Shown here: positions 26,065-36,613 of the stretch, one piece after another
Layout of the letters: each line of letters opens with the position of its first letter
Position numbering within the stretch: position 1 is the first letter of the stretch
Virus record (IMG/VR): IMGVR_UViG_3300022848_000005
Direction: 5' to 3' (one strand)
From: a virus
Taxonomy: Duplodnaviria > Caudoviricetes
Length of the DNA: 64,000 nt
Translations under genes and position numbers: made by a program
The notes under the pieces: model-generated
Seen by the model: only the letters and a program-made list of their open reading frames with translations
What the model was told of the DNA's origin: nothing
Databases searched by the model: none

Positions 26065-29000
26065 ATGGCAATTGGCAGAATATCAGGAGCCATGCTAAAA
26101 TCTAACCTAGAACGTTTAGGTGTGGATATTGCAGTAGACACTGATTTATTATACCTAGATGTTACTAACAATCGCATTGGTATTAATGAAGCAAGTCCTA
26201 CCAAAAGCCTACAAGTCGATAACGTTACTATAGAAGGCAGTCAGATACGAAGCACAAGCGGTGCTTTAGACTTGGGATCTAATAGTAATATTTCAGTAAC
26301 AGGCGGATCCAATGGACAAGTTTTAACAACTGATGGTAGCGGCAACTTAACCTGGACATCTATTAGTTCAGACGGTCTGACTATAAATTTGGGCATTCCA
26401 GAAGATAGCTCATGGTCTGATGGAGCAATTAACACTTGGTCAGAATCTACATTGTTGTCTAATGCACATGATGACACCAACGAGTGTATGCTTAATATTA
26501 TTAACAACACAGCCGTTGCTAACATGGACTTTACTGCTGATGTAACATCAGGTGGTGCTGGTACATCAGTTACGCTAACTATTATTACTGCCGGGAATCC
26601 TAATAGGTATGACATTACCTGGGGCGATGGCGATACCGACTCAAACCAAACTGATTCAACGCCAACGCACACTTATGCTACTAATTCAGGATCACCATTC
26701 GATATTACTGTTAGAGCATATAATAATGGTGGTAGTGGTACTTGTAGCGAAACAAGTAAGACACGTACATCATACATTATTATATACACAGCAGATCCTG
26801 TTGTAACTTTTGCGGCCTATACAGCAAGCTCAGGTGGGAGTGCTATTACACAATGGGACGATGGCGACACAGTTTACTTTGAAAATACAACCACAAACAC
26901 AAGTGGTGCAACAGTTCAGTATACTTGGGACTGGGGCGACGGTAGTAGTGACGATGTAGTATCGAGCGATGCATCTGCAGGTGGAGTAGGCGGCGCCAGA
27001 ATAGCACATACATTTACTGCCAGCACAGAACAAGAACAAACAAGAACAGTAACACTTACATTGGATAGTCACAGCACGGCATTGCCTGCATCTGTACCAA
27101 CAAGTGACAATACTGCTCATAAAATTTATGACACACATACCCCAACAGTGTCGTTAAGTGCATCTACGGGCGTTAACGAAGAAGGAACAAGTGGATTACC
27201 AATTACGTTTACTAATAATACAGAAAGCTCAATTGGTAGTTTTGCAACATATGGTATCCAATACCAGTATCAATGGGGTGACGGCACATCCGATAATACA
27301 GTAAACGTTGGATCAGGAAGTAGCGGAGATACTGGTGGCACAATTAGCCACACATTTGCGTTAAGCTCAGGTGACCAAGCAGATGGAACAGCGCAGGACT
27401 TTACTGGTAACCTAAGAGTTATTAGCAACCATACTAGTTCACCGTTTATTAGTTCAACATTTACGGTACACGTAGAGCCAGATGTTAGAGCAAACATTGC
27501 GGCAACAGCAGTAACAATTAGTGATAGAAATGGTGACAACCAGTATGACTTGTATGACTTTACAGATTTAAGTGGCAACAATCGTGCGCTAGTACGTGCA
27601 ACTAATACATCACAAAATGGTGATGATTATGAATACGATTGGGCAGACGGTGGCACAAACGATACCGTCACAGAAGATGGATCAGCGTCAGGTAGTATAG
27701 GAGCAACATTAGATCATAACTATGCAGGCGAATCAACAGACAACTATAATTTAAGTTTTACTGCAAATGGCCAACCAGACATTACGTTACAAACAGATAC
27801 TGATAGTAGTATAACATTTACATTAAACGCTGTGCCTTCAACACCGGCTAATTTAAGCACAAAGTCAATCACACTGTCTGACAGTGTACAAGGAACAAGT
27901 CCAAAACTATGTGCTTCCTTTACAGACAACAGTGATTCAAATCCTCTAAGTGCAGGTGCAAGTCTGCAAACTACCACAGCAAGAAGGTACACCTCAGGTA
28001 CTATTGATACAAGTGTTGTAGACAATGCTTATAACGGAGCATCAGGAACACTAAGTGCTAGTATTAACGGTGTTACTACAGGCAGCAAAGCATTTAGCAC
28101 ATCAACAGGAGAAAATGGAACGTTTACAAGTCTTGTTGTTAGTGGACAACTTGATGCACACGATAGCATCAGCTCAAGTACGTATCCAACAGGATTCTAT
28201 CAAACATTTGACGCTAAAATTACACAAGCACTTAGCAGTTATACTGTGGGTGTTAATGATCAGAGACTTGAACACAGTGCAACAGGTAATACAAATTATG
28301 TAAGTGTTGTATATGATGATATTACAAGTGTACCAAGTATAGTGTCCGCAGGTACGCTAATTGAAGGCACAGGTGGAACTAAACGATATATTTCGGGTAT
28401 TCCATATTACAATTCAGGATCGCCAACAGTTGTTTTGAGCAGTGTACAAATAAGCAACCTGACAGGACAAGCATATTCGGATGTGTCTAATCCTGTTGAA
28501 GTAGATTCTGCATCAAATCAAGAAGGCACATCAAGTGCAGGAACAACCGATACTGATTACAGCTATAGCAATATAGATGGCGCAAGTACTATGTTGTCGG
28601 TCGGTATACCAGTTACAGACACAGGGGTTGGCGGAGCATACACAATAGGTAACTTAACTATTCCTATTACAGCCAGTTCAGTAAGAACAATAGACAGAGT
28701 TCAGGTACGTGCGAGGAACTGTAATGGTGTAGGTAGTTACAGTGCAAACACAACCAACGTACAAGTACACAAGTCAGCACAAAGTGGTATCAGTGAGATT
28801 GCTGTTGCAGTGTCTGACGATTTAGGAGCAGGATTTGACGATGATGGTGTTAGGGTATTCGATTTTAGTGCCGCTACAACAGACAACCCAAGTTACACTG
28901 GCTCAACCAATTTCTACACAAACAGTCCTTACACAGAAGCAAGCGACCTTGGTGTTGAAGGCACAAAAGAAGCAACTATTAGATTAGGTGTTTTGAAGTA

Positions 29001-29454
29001 TGATGTTACAGATTATAGTTCAGGATATCTTCCAGTAGGCCCAGACAGAAGCAGTGACACCGGAACACAATACTTTACATTTGCATTTAGACGTACCACA
29101 ATGGCAAACTTTGACATTAACATAACAAGTGCAAGCATTGCAGGGTTATGGATAGCGGCACCGGGTACTGGTATTGATTCAGCGTCAGGGATTAACGGCT
29201 GGCTAGACGCAAGTACAACGTATGGCGGCTCAGGTGTACCGGGCTCTAACACAGGCAGTGGTGGTAATGGATCTAATGGATGTGCGTTTACATCTGGCGA
29301 TAGAATTGCTGCCAGCACGTCACTTAGTGGTGGTTATACAATGACACTTGGTAGTGAGAACGGCACGAACGCAACAGGCAATGTTGTGTTGGTAAGAATA
29401 GCATTAACAAGTGGTCAAAGTGTCACAGCACTCAGCGTAGGAGTGGCAAGCTAA
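26065..29454 (+). CDS. Large virion protein with PKD-like Ig repeats
   Basis: 1129 aa, S/T/G-rich, with repeated W[GA]DG..H motifs (ITWGDG, WDWGDG, YQWGDG, YDWADG). Confidence 0.65.
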   Translation: MAIGRISGAMLKSNLERLGVDIAVDTDLLYLDVTNNRIGINEASPTKSLQVDNVTIEGSQIRSTSGALDLGSNSNISVTGGSNGQVLTTDGSGNLTWTSISSDGLTINLGIPEDSSWSDGAINTWSESTLLSNAHDDTNECMLNIINNTAVANMDFTADVTSGGAGTSVTLTIITAGNPNRYDITWGDGDTDSNQTDSTPTHTYATNSGSPFDITVRAYNNGGSGTCSETSKTRTSYIIIYTADPVVTFAAYTASSGGSAITQWDDGDTVYFENTTTNTSGATVQYTWDWGDGSSDDVVSSDASAGGVGGARIAHTFTASTEQEQTRTVTLTLDSHSTALPASVPTSDNTAHKIYDTHTPTVSLSASTGVNEEGTSGLPITFTNNTESSIGSFATYGIQYQYQWGDGTSDNTVNVGSGSSGDTGGTISHTFALSSGDQADGTAQDFTGNLRVISNHTSSPFISSTFTVHVEPDVRANIAATAVTISDRNGDNQYDLYDFTDLSGNNRALVRATNTSQNGDDYEYDWADGGTNDTVTEDGSASGSIGATLDHNYAGESTDNYNLSFTANGQPDITLQTDTDSSITFTLNAVPSTPANLSTKSITLSDSVQGTSPKLCASFTDNSDSNPLSAGASLQTTTARRYTSGTIDTSVVDNAYNGASGTLSASINGVTTGSKAFSTSTGENGTFTSLVVSGQLDAHDSISSSTYPTGFYQTFDAKITQALSSYTVGVNDQRLEHSATGNTNYVSVVYDDITSVPSIVSAGTLIEGTGGTKRYISGIPYYNSGSPTVVLSSVQISNLTGQAYSDVSNPVEVDSASNQEGTSSAGTTDTDYSYSNIDGASTMLSVGIPVTDTGVGGAYTIGNLTIPITASSVRTIDRVQVRARNCNGVGSYSANTTNVQVHKSAQSGISEIAVAVSDDLGAGFDDDGVRVFDFSAATTDNPSYTGSTNFYTNSPYTEASDLGVEGTKEATIRLGVLKYDVTDYSSGYLPVGPDRSSDTGTQYFTFAFRRTTMANFDINITSASIAGLWIAAPGTGIDSASGINGWLDASTTYGGSGVPGSNTGSGGNGSNGCAFTSGDRIAASTSLSGGYTMTLGSENGTNATGNVVLVRIALTSGQSVTALSVGVAS

Positions 29455-30737
29455 TGGCTATATCAGATACACAAAAAGTTGATTACTTGTGGAAGAAACT
29501 AGGTTACTCAGCAACTAAATCAGACACAAACGCTAACAAAAAAGCACCAAACGAAGCGATAGCCAGCCCGCTGTTAATGCGGTTTGATACAATGTGGTCG
29601 CAAAGTGGAAATATTCCCGCCACATTGCCAGGTAGTAGCTCAAGCGTAGTTACAGTATACCCAACAAGCGCACCGAGTGAGTGTACTCTTGATGGCACAT
29701 CTACTGCCAATAGAACTTGGAAAACAGGATTAATTAATTGGATTAGCCCGGAGTTTGGGTCAACGTATCAAGCAAAAATTTATATTCATACTGCTAGTGA
29801 TGCCGCAGGAGCATCAGGCGGCGACCAAGTATTTGCAACTGGTTCAGGCAATGATGACGAATGGTTCTTCGATTATCAGTCTGGCGTACTGCACTTTATT
29901 GGTGATAACTTACCCAACGGCATTAGTTTTTCAGGCAAGAGTGTTTACATAAGTGGCGGAAGATATATAGGAAACATAGGCACTGGGCTGAACGCAACTG
30001 ACTTTGGTGACTTCACCACAAGTGGGTCACCACAAACAACTTTAACTAGTGCTGTAACAAACTCCGATATAGGTTTAGATCCTAACGGAACTGGTCAAGT
30101 TATAATCAATGGCACTAATGCATTAACTGTGCCCTCAGGGACTACTGCACAGCGACCAAGTGGTAGTACAGGTGATATACGTGTTAATACTTCTACTGGT
30201 TATTTAGAATACTACGATGGCAGTGATTGGCAAGACTTGGCCCCTGCCACAGGTAGTCATACGTTAGATACTTTTGCTGGTGACAGCAGTACAGTAGTTT
30301 TTACACTGAGTGCATCAACAACAACTAACGATGTGCTTATAACACACAATGGTGTTGTGCAAGTAGCAACGACAGCATTTTCAATATCAGGAACCACACT
30401 AACATACACAGAAGCACCCCGGTCAGGCGACGTTATTGAAGTACGATATCTTAGTACTGCTTATAGTCCAGGTAGTGTTATTAAAGATGCAGACAATGAC
30501 ACAAAAATACAGACTGAAGAAACAGCAGACGGGGATACAATACGTTTTGATGCCGCTGGCACAGAAGTCGCAACAATGACCGATACTGTTACTGCATTTG
30601 CAACAGCAGTAAGAGTCGCTAACATGACCACTACTGCTAGGAACGCACTGAGTCCTGCAAACGGATGGGTAATTTACAATACGTCTGATAACAAATTTCA
30701 GGGGTATGCAAACGGTGTTTGGGTAAATTTTCACTAA
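29454..30737 (+). CDS. Virion structural protein
   Basis: QKVDYLWKK and EWFFDYQSGVLHF motifs plus fibre-type modules. Confidence 0.6.
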   Translation: MAISDTQKVDYLWKKLGYSATKSDTNANKKAPNEAIASPLLMRFDTMWSQSGNIPATLPGSSSSVVTVYPTSAPSECTLDGTSTANRTWKTGLINWISPEFGSTYQAKIYIHTASDAAGASGGDQVFATGSGNDDEWFFDYQSGVLHFIGDNLPNGISFSGKSVYISGGRYIGNIGTGLNATDFGDFTTSGSPQTTLTSAVTNSDIGLDPNGTGQVIINGTNALTVPSGTTAQRPSGSTGDIRVNTSTGYLEYYDGSDWQDLAPATGSHTLDTFAGDSSTVVFTLSASTTTNDVLITHNGVVQVATTAFSISGTTLTYTEAPRSGDVIEVRYLSTAYSPGSVIKDADNDTKIQTEETADGDTIRFDAAGTEVATMTDTVTAFATAVRVANMTTTARNALSPANGWVIYNTSDNKFQGYANGVWVNFH

Positions 30738-30924
30738 TTAACTAAATACTGATGTGAAGAGTGCAATGCTCTTACTTAACCTAAAATAATTATTCTCCCA
30801 TAATAATACGCTATTTGCTAAATTGGCAACGTCGAACCATTTTGGACTTTTTTGGTAAATAATATTACTATCTATACTCAGATGAGGTAGATTGAATTTT
30901 TAGCTAAAAATTAGGGAGAAACAA

Positions 30925-33900
30925 ATGGCTGTTACAAGAATTAAAGCGAATCAGATTTCTGATTCAGCAGTCGAATCTGCAAAACTTGCAGATTTAGCAA
31001 TTACCGCAGGAAAATTAGAAAACAACTTAACATATGGTTCGAATCTAACAGTTACTGGCAACTTAATAGTTAACGGGACCACAACAACAGTTGATTCAAC
31101 TAACACAACAGTGGCAGATCCAATTCTATTGCTTTCAAAAGGAGCAACTGGATCAGGCACAGTTGATGCAGGTATCGTTGTTGAAAGGGGAGACGACAAC
31201 AACGTTGCCATATTATGGGACGAGTCAGCAGACCAGTTTGTCGTAGCTGTCACAGCAAGTGAAGCAGGTTTAACGGCAGGTAACGTTACACTAACAAGTT
31301 ACGCAAACTTACAGGCAGGGACACTTACTGCAAGCGCACTTGACGTAACCGGTACGCTCGATATTGATAACATTCAGATCGACGGTAACACAATGAGTAG
31401 TACAGATACAAACGGTGCAATTAACCTAACACCAAACGGCAGTGGTGAAGTTGTTATTGCAACTGCTACAGTCAGTGACTTGACAGATAACAGAGTTGTT
31501 ATTGCAGGCACAAGTGGTGCACTTGAAGATGACACAAACTTCACGTATGATGGCACTAACTTAACAGTCAATAGTGCAGTTGTTACTGATTTGACTGACA
31601 ATAGAGTTGTTATTGCTGGTACTTCAGGAGCACTTGAAGATAGCGCAACCTTCACGTATGATGGCACTAACTTAACAGTCAATAGTGCAATTGTTAGTGA
31701 TTTGACTGACAATAGAGTTGTTATTGCAGGCACAAGTGGTGCATTGGAAGATGATGCAAACTTTACTTGGGATGGTACAGACTTAAATCTTACTGGTGGC
31801 TTGAATGTTACTGGTGATTTAGCAGTTGACAATATTGCAGTTAATGGCAATGCTATTACATCAACTGACACAAATGGCAATATTACAATTACACCAGATG
31901 GTACAGGTGATTTAGTACTTGACGGATTAAAATTCCCACAAGCAGATGGTACAGCAGGATATGTTCTTACAACAGACGGTAGTGCTCAACTAAGTTGGAC
32001 TGATTCAGCCTCAGTTGTTGTAGATGATACAACACCTCAACTAGGTGGTTCGTTAGATGTTAATGGACAAGCAATTGTGTCCGTATCAAACGGTGATATT
32101 GAACTTACTCCACATGGATCAGGTGAAGTTGTTATTGCAACTGCTACAGTCAGTGACTTGACCGATAACCGTGTTGTTATTGCAGGCACAAGTGGTGCAC
32201 TTGAAGATAGCGCAAACTTCACGTATGATGGCACTAACTTAACAGTCAATAGTGCAGTTGTTAGTGATTTAACTGACAATAGAGTTGTTATTGCAGGCAC
32301 TTCAGGAGCACTTGAAGATGACGCAAACTTTACATTCAATGGTACTATATTAGCACTAACAGCCGCAATGGATATTACTGGCGACCTAGATGTTGATAAC
32401 ATTAACATTAATGGTAACGCAATCACCAGTACTGACACAAACGGCATAATATCAGTTGCTCCAAATGGTACAGGTACAATCGACCTTGGCGGCACATCTA
32501 CAATTGTTAACGTTAACGGAACAACAGGTTCATCAGGCTCAGGACTTGGTGCTTTAGTAGTTGACGGCGGCATGGGTGTTGCTGAAAACTTACATGTTGG
32601 CGGAAACGCTGTTATTACTGGTAACTTAACTGTTGAAGGTACTACTACAACAGTTGACTCCGTGACAACACAAGTTGTTGATCCAATCTTCCAGATTGGT
32701 GGTGCGGCAGGTGGTGCGGCCCTATCAGCAGACGACAACAAAGATAGAGGTATGTCTGCCAAGTATCACACAGGCAGTGAAGAAAGGACTGCTTTCTGGG
32801 GATTTGACGATTCCACAGGTAACTGGACATTTGTTCCAGTTGCTACAATCACAAGTGAAGTTGTGGCAGGAACCAAAGGAACACTTGATGTTGGTAGTAT
32901 TTTAAATGCTAACCTAACAAACAATCGTGTTGTTATTGCAGGCGCAAGTGGTGTGTTGGAAGATGACACAAACTTCACGTATGATGGCACTAACTTAACA
33001 GTCAATAGTGCAATTGTTAGTGATTTGACTGACAATAGAGTTGTTATTGCAGGCACAAGTGGTGCATTGGAAGATGACGCAAACTTTACATTCAATGGTA
33101 CTATATTAGCATTAACCGCCGCTATGGATATTACTGGTGATCTAGATGTTGATAATGTCAATATTAACGGCAATGCTATTACATCAACTGACACAAATGG
33201 CAATATTACAATTACACCAGATGGTACAGGTGATTTAGTACTTGACGGATTAAAATTCCCACAAGCAGATGGTACAGCAGGATATGTTCTTACAACAGAC
33301 GGTAGTGCTCAACTAAGTTGGACTGATTCAGCCTCAGTTGTTGTAGATGATACAACACCTCAACTAGGTGGTTCGTTAGATGTTAATGGACAAGCAATTG
33401 TGTCCGTATCAAACGGTGATATTGAACTTACTCCACATGGATCAGGTGAAGTTATTCTTTCAACAGCAGTTGTTAGTGATTTGACAGATAACAGAGTTGT
33501 TATTGCTGGTACTTCAGGTGCACTTGAAGATAGCGCAAACTTCACGTATGATGGCACTAACTTAACAGTCAATAGTGCAGTTGTTAGTGATTTAACTGAC
33601 AATAGAGTTGTTATTGCAGGCACAAGTGGTGCACTTGAAGATGACACAAACTTCACGTATGATGGCACTAACTTAACAGTCAATAGTGCAATTGTTAGTG
33701 ACTTAACAGATAACCGTGTTGTTATTGCAGGCACTTCAGGAGCACTTGAAGATAGCGCAACCTTCACGTATGATGGCACTAACTTAACAGTCAATAGTGC
33801 AATTGTTAGTGACTTAACAGATAACCGTGTTGTTATTGCAGGCACTTCAGGAGCACTTGAAGATAGCGCAAACTTCACTTATGATGGTACATCACTGGCA

Positions 33901-35667
33901 GTTACAGGTAACATTGCTATTGATAACCTTACATTAGATGGCAACGATATCACAGCATCATCAGGTGGTAAAGTTACTATTAACGATGCAGGTGCTGACA
34001 TTGACTTTATAGTTGAAGGCGACTCCAACACAGGATTGTTCGTGGTAGATGCAGGTGCTGACTCAGTAAGCGTTGGTACAGCAACTCAAACAGTAGGCGC
34101 AACATTTAAAGTTGGCGCAGTGGACTCAATGGTGATTCCACTTGGATCAACTGCACAACGTCCTGGTACAGGTGTTGATGGTATGTTGCGTATGAACGAC
34201 TCAACAAAGAAGATGGAATACTACATTGACAGTGAGTGGAAAACTGCTGACTCTGCATTTACAGTTATTGCCAGTCAAACATTTGATGGTGATGATTCAA
34301 CAGTAGCATTTACACTTAGTGAGGCACAAACAACCGCAGGTTGTGTTGTTAGTATCAACGGTGTTTTGCAGTTGCCAACAACAGCATACGGTGTTAGTTC
34401 AGCAACATTGACATTTACTGAAGCACCAGCAACAGGTGATAAGATTGAAGTTAGGAAACTAACAACCACAACAACAGTTACAGAACTGGATATAACTGCA
34501 AACAACTCAACAGATGAGACAGTATACTTAACATTTGTTGATGGGCCGACTGGTTCTCAGGAATTTGAGTCTGACACTGGATTAACTTATAATCCAAGTA
34601 CTAACACATTAACAACCTCAGTATTCTCTGGTAATGTAACTGGTGATGTAACTGGTGATGTAACTGGTCAACTTACAGCACAAAACATCCGAGTTGGTGT
34701 TACAGGTGCTAACGAGATTGATACAACAAGCGGTGGATTAACAATTGATTCAGCAGGCGGAACAGTTACAGTTGATGATAACTTGATTGTTAGCGGTAAC
34801 TTTACTGTAAACGGCACTACAACAACAGTAAGTACAACAAACACTGTAGTTTCAGACAACCTTATGGAATTAAACAACGGTGCGGGAAGTAACGCTAACG
34901 ACAGTGGTATTGTTATTGAGCGTGGTAGTACAGGCGATAACGCATTTATGGGTTGGGACGAGTCAGCTGATAAGTTTATTGTTGGTACAACAACAGCAAC
35001 TGGTGCAAGCACAGGTGATTTAACAATTGCTACTGGAACACTTGTTGCAAACCTAGAAGGTGATGTAACTGGTGATGTAACTGGTAATGCAGATACAGCA
35101 ACAACAGCAACAACAGCAACAACAGCAACAAATGTTACTGCGACTGCAAACGACGCAACAAATGAGACTGTATACGTCACATTTGTTGACGGTGTAAGTG
35201 GTGGTCAAGGTATTGAGACTGACACTGGATTAACTTATAATCCAAGTACTAACACATTAACAACCTCAGTATTCTCTGGTACTGCTACAACAGCACAATA
35301 CGCTGACTTGGCAGAGATGTACGCTAGTGATACAGAGATTGAAGCAGGTACAGTGGTACACTTTGCTGGTCACGGCAAAGTAGCAGTTTGTGATGTTGAT
35401 ATGTGTTCTAAAGTTGCAGGTATTGTTTCGACAGATCCTGCTCACTTGATGAACAGCGCACAGGAAGGCACACCTTTAGCATTAGCTGGTCGAGTACCAT
35501 GTAAAGTCGTTGGACCTGTTAACGCAGGTGACTTGATGGTGTCAGCAGGCGGTGGCAAAGCTAGGGCAGAAGCAAACCCAAGTTTAGGCACAGTTATTGG
35601 TAAAGCAATTGAAGATTTCTCAGGCGAAGGGGAAGGCGTGATAGAAGTTCTAGCATTAATGATGTAA
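30925..35667 (+). CDS. Long tail fibre-like protein with internal repeats and a C-terminal chaperone/peptidase G2-like domain
   Basis: 1580 aa with repeated fibre modules; ends YADLAEMY...ALAGRVPCKV..GDLMVS..VIGKA..GVIEV. Confidence 0.7.
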   Translation: MAVTRIKANQISDSAVESAKLADLAITAGKLENNLTYGSNLTVTGNLIVNGTTTTVDSTNTTVADPILLLSKGATGSGTVDAGIVVERGDDNNVAILWDESADQFVVAVTASEAGLTAGNVTLTSYANLQAGTLTASALDVTGTLDIDNIQIDGNTMSSTDTNGAINLTPNGSGEVVIATATVSDLTDNRVVIAGTSGALEDDTNFTYDGTNLTVNSAVVTDLTDNRVVIAGTSGALEDSATFTYDGTNLTVNSAIVSDLTDNRVVIAGTSGALEDDANFTWDGTDLNLTGGLNVTGDLAVDNIAVNGNAITSTDTNGNITITPDGTGDLVLDGLKFPQADGTAGYVLTTDGSAQLSWTDSASVVVDDTTPQLGGSLDVNGQAIVSVSNGDIELTPHGSGEVVIATATVSDLTDNRVVIAGTSGALEDSANFTYDGTNLTVNSAVVSDLTDNRVVIAGTSGALEDDANFTFNGTILALTAAMDITGDLDVDNININGNAITSTDTNGIISVAPNGTGTIDLGGTSTIVNVNGTTGSSGSGLGALVVDGGMGVAENLHVGGNAVITGNLTVEGTTTTVDSVTTQVVDPIFQIGGAAGGAALSADDNKDRGMSAKYHTGSEERTAFWGFDDSTGNWTFVPVATITSEVVAGTKGTLDVGSILNANLTNNRVVIAGASGVLEDDTNFTYDGTNLTVNSAIVSDLTDNRVVIAGTSGALEDDANFTFNGTILALTAAMDITGDLDVDNVNINGNAITSTDTNGNITITPDGTGDLVLDGLKFPQADGTAGYVLTTDGSAQLSWTDSASVVVDDTTPQLGGSLDVNGQAIVSVSNGDIELTPHGSGEVILSTAVVSDLTDNRVVIAGTSGALEDSANFTYDGTNLTVNSAVVSDLTDNRVVIAGTSGALEDDTNFTYDGTNLTVNSAIVSDLTDNRVVIAGTSGALEDSATFTYDGTNLTVNSAIVSDLTDNRVVIAGTSGALEDSANFTYDGTSLAVTGNIAIDNLTLDGNDITASSGGKVTINDAGADIDFIVEGDSNTGLFVVDAGADSVSVGTATQTVGATFKVGAVDSMVIPLGSTAQRPGTGVDGMLRMNDSTKKMEYYIDSEWKTADSAFTVIASQTFDGDDSTVAFTLSEAQTTAGCVVSINGVLQLPTTAYGVSSATLTFTEAPATGDKIEVRKLTTTTTVTELDITANNSTDETVYLTFVDGPTGSQEFESDTGLTYNPSTNTLTTSVFSGNVTGDVTGDVTGQLTAQNIRVGVTGANEIDTTSGGLTIDSAGGTVTVDDNLIVSGNFTVNGTTTTVSTTNTVVSDNLMELNNGAGSNANDSGIVIERGSTGDNAFMGWDESADKFIVGTTTATGASTGDLTIATGTLVANLEGDVTGDVTGNADTATTATTATTATNVTATANDATNETVYVTFVDGVSGGQGIETDTGLTYNPSTNTLTTSVFSGTATTAQYADLAEMYASDTEIEAGTVVHFAGHGKVAVCDVDMCSKVAGIVSTDPAHLMNSAQEGTPLALAGRVPCKVVGPVNAGDLMVSAGGGKARAEANPSLGTVIGKAIEDFSGEGEGVIEVLALMM
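31477..33888 (+). repeat. Eleven copies of a 37-aa (111-nt) repeat in clusters of 3+2+2+4
   Basis: DLTDNRVVIAGTSGALED(S/D)(A/T)(N/T)FTYDGTNLTVNSA(I/V)VS, counted in the translation. Confidence 0.95.
31846..33453 (+). repeat. 285-nt direct duplication (31846-32130 and 33169-33453)
   Basis: The two copies look identical by visual alignment. Confidence 0.9.
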
Positions 35668-35758
35668 GACTTCTAAATGTAGTGGGTAAGAGGGGGGACA
35701 AATGTTCCCCCTTTTATTTTGGATAGTAAATACATGTAACTTTCAAGAGACTAATAAT

Positions 35759-36613
35759 ATGGGATTAACAAGACCTAAGGCGTCGCAGATTAATTTTGAC
35801 CTAACAAATATCAGCGACCCTGTAATACGACTAAATTCAGACAAAACAGGCGCCAACGACACAGACGTTGGTTTTATATTTGAGCGTGGATCAACAGGTG
35901 ATAATGCCGTTTTTGTATGGGACGAGAGTGCAGGTAGTTTTGTTGTGGGGACTACTACAGCAACAGGCACAAGCACAGGTAATTTAACAATTACTACTGG
36001 AACACTTGTTGCAAATCTAGAAGGTAATGTGACTGGTAATGCAGATACAGCAACAACAGCAACAAATGTTACTGCAACTGCAAACAACGCAACAGATGAG
36101 ACTGTATACGTCACATTTGTTGATGCGCAAACTGGTTCTCAGGAAATAGAAACTGATGTTGGATTGTATTACAATCCAAGTACTAACACGTTAACAACCT
36201 CAGTATTCGATGGTACATCAACGTCAGCTCAGTACGCTGACTTGGCTGAGCTCTATGTATCTGATGTTCAGTATGAACCAGGAACAGTTTTAATATTTGG
36301 TGGAGAACATGAAGTTACCTTAAGCAAAAGTCCAAAAAGTAATAAGGTAGCAGGGGTTGTATCTACTGCACCGGGTATTCTTATGAACAAAGACTGCGTT
36401 GGAGACTACGTAGTCGTATTAGCATTAGCTGGTCGAGTACCATGTAAAGTAAAAGGTAAAGTTACTAAAGGTAGTATGATGGTTACCAGCAACATCGAAG
36501 GCGTTGCTGTAGCAAACAACAATCCTGCTATAGGAACAGTAATAGGAAAAGCACTGGAAGAGTACAACTCTGACGAAGTTGGTGTGATTGAGGTTGTAGT
36601 GGGTAGACTCTAA
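35759..36613 (+). CDS. Short fibre paralogue sharing its C-terminal modules with 30925-35667
   Basis: ATG at 35759 (MGLTRPKASQ); same ERGSTGDNA, TYNPSTNTLTT and YADLAE..ALAGRVPCKV modules. Confidence 0.7.
   Translation: MGLTRPKASQINFDLTNISDPVIRLNSDKTGANDTDVGFIFERGSTGDNAVFVWDESAGSFVVGTTTATGTSTGNLTITTGTLVANLEGNVTGNADTATTATNVTATANNATDETVYVTFVDAQTGSQEIETDVGLYYNPSTNTLTTSVFDGTSTSAQYADLAELYVSDVQYEPGTVLIFGGEHEVTLSKSPKSNKVAGVVSTAPGILMNKDCVGDYVVVLALAGRVPCKVKGKVTKGSMMVTSNIEGVAVANNNPAIGTVIGKALEEYNSDEVGVIEVVVGRL

Noticed and set aside
14989-35180. Many long antisense ORFs (for example 16078-16854, 31374-33878, 34668-35180)
   Set aside because: They are shadows of A/T/G/S/V-rich sense genes, with low-complexity translations and no RBS.
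30925-36613. Diversity-generating retroelement (TR/VR) explanation for the fibre repeats
   Set aside because: No reverse transcriptase or avd in the window, all copies are coding, and the differences are not adenine-specific.
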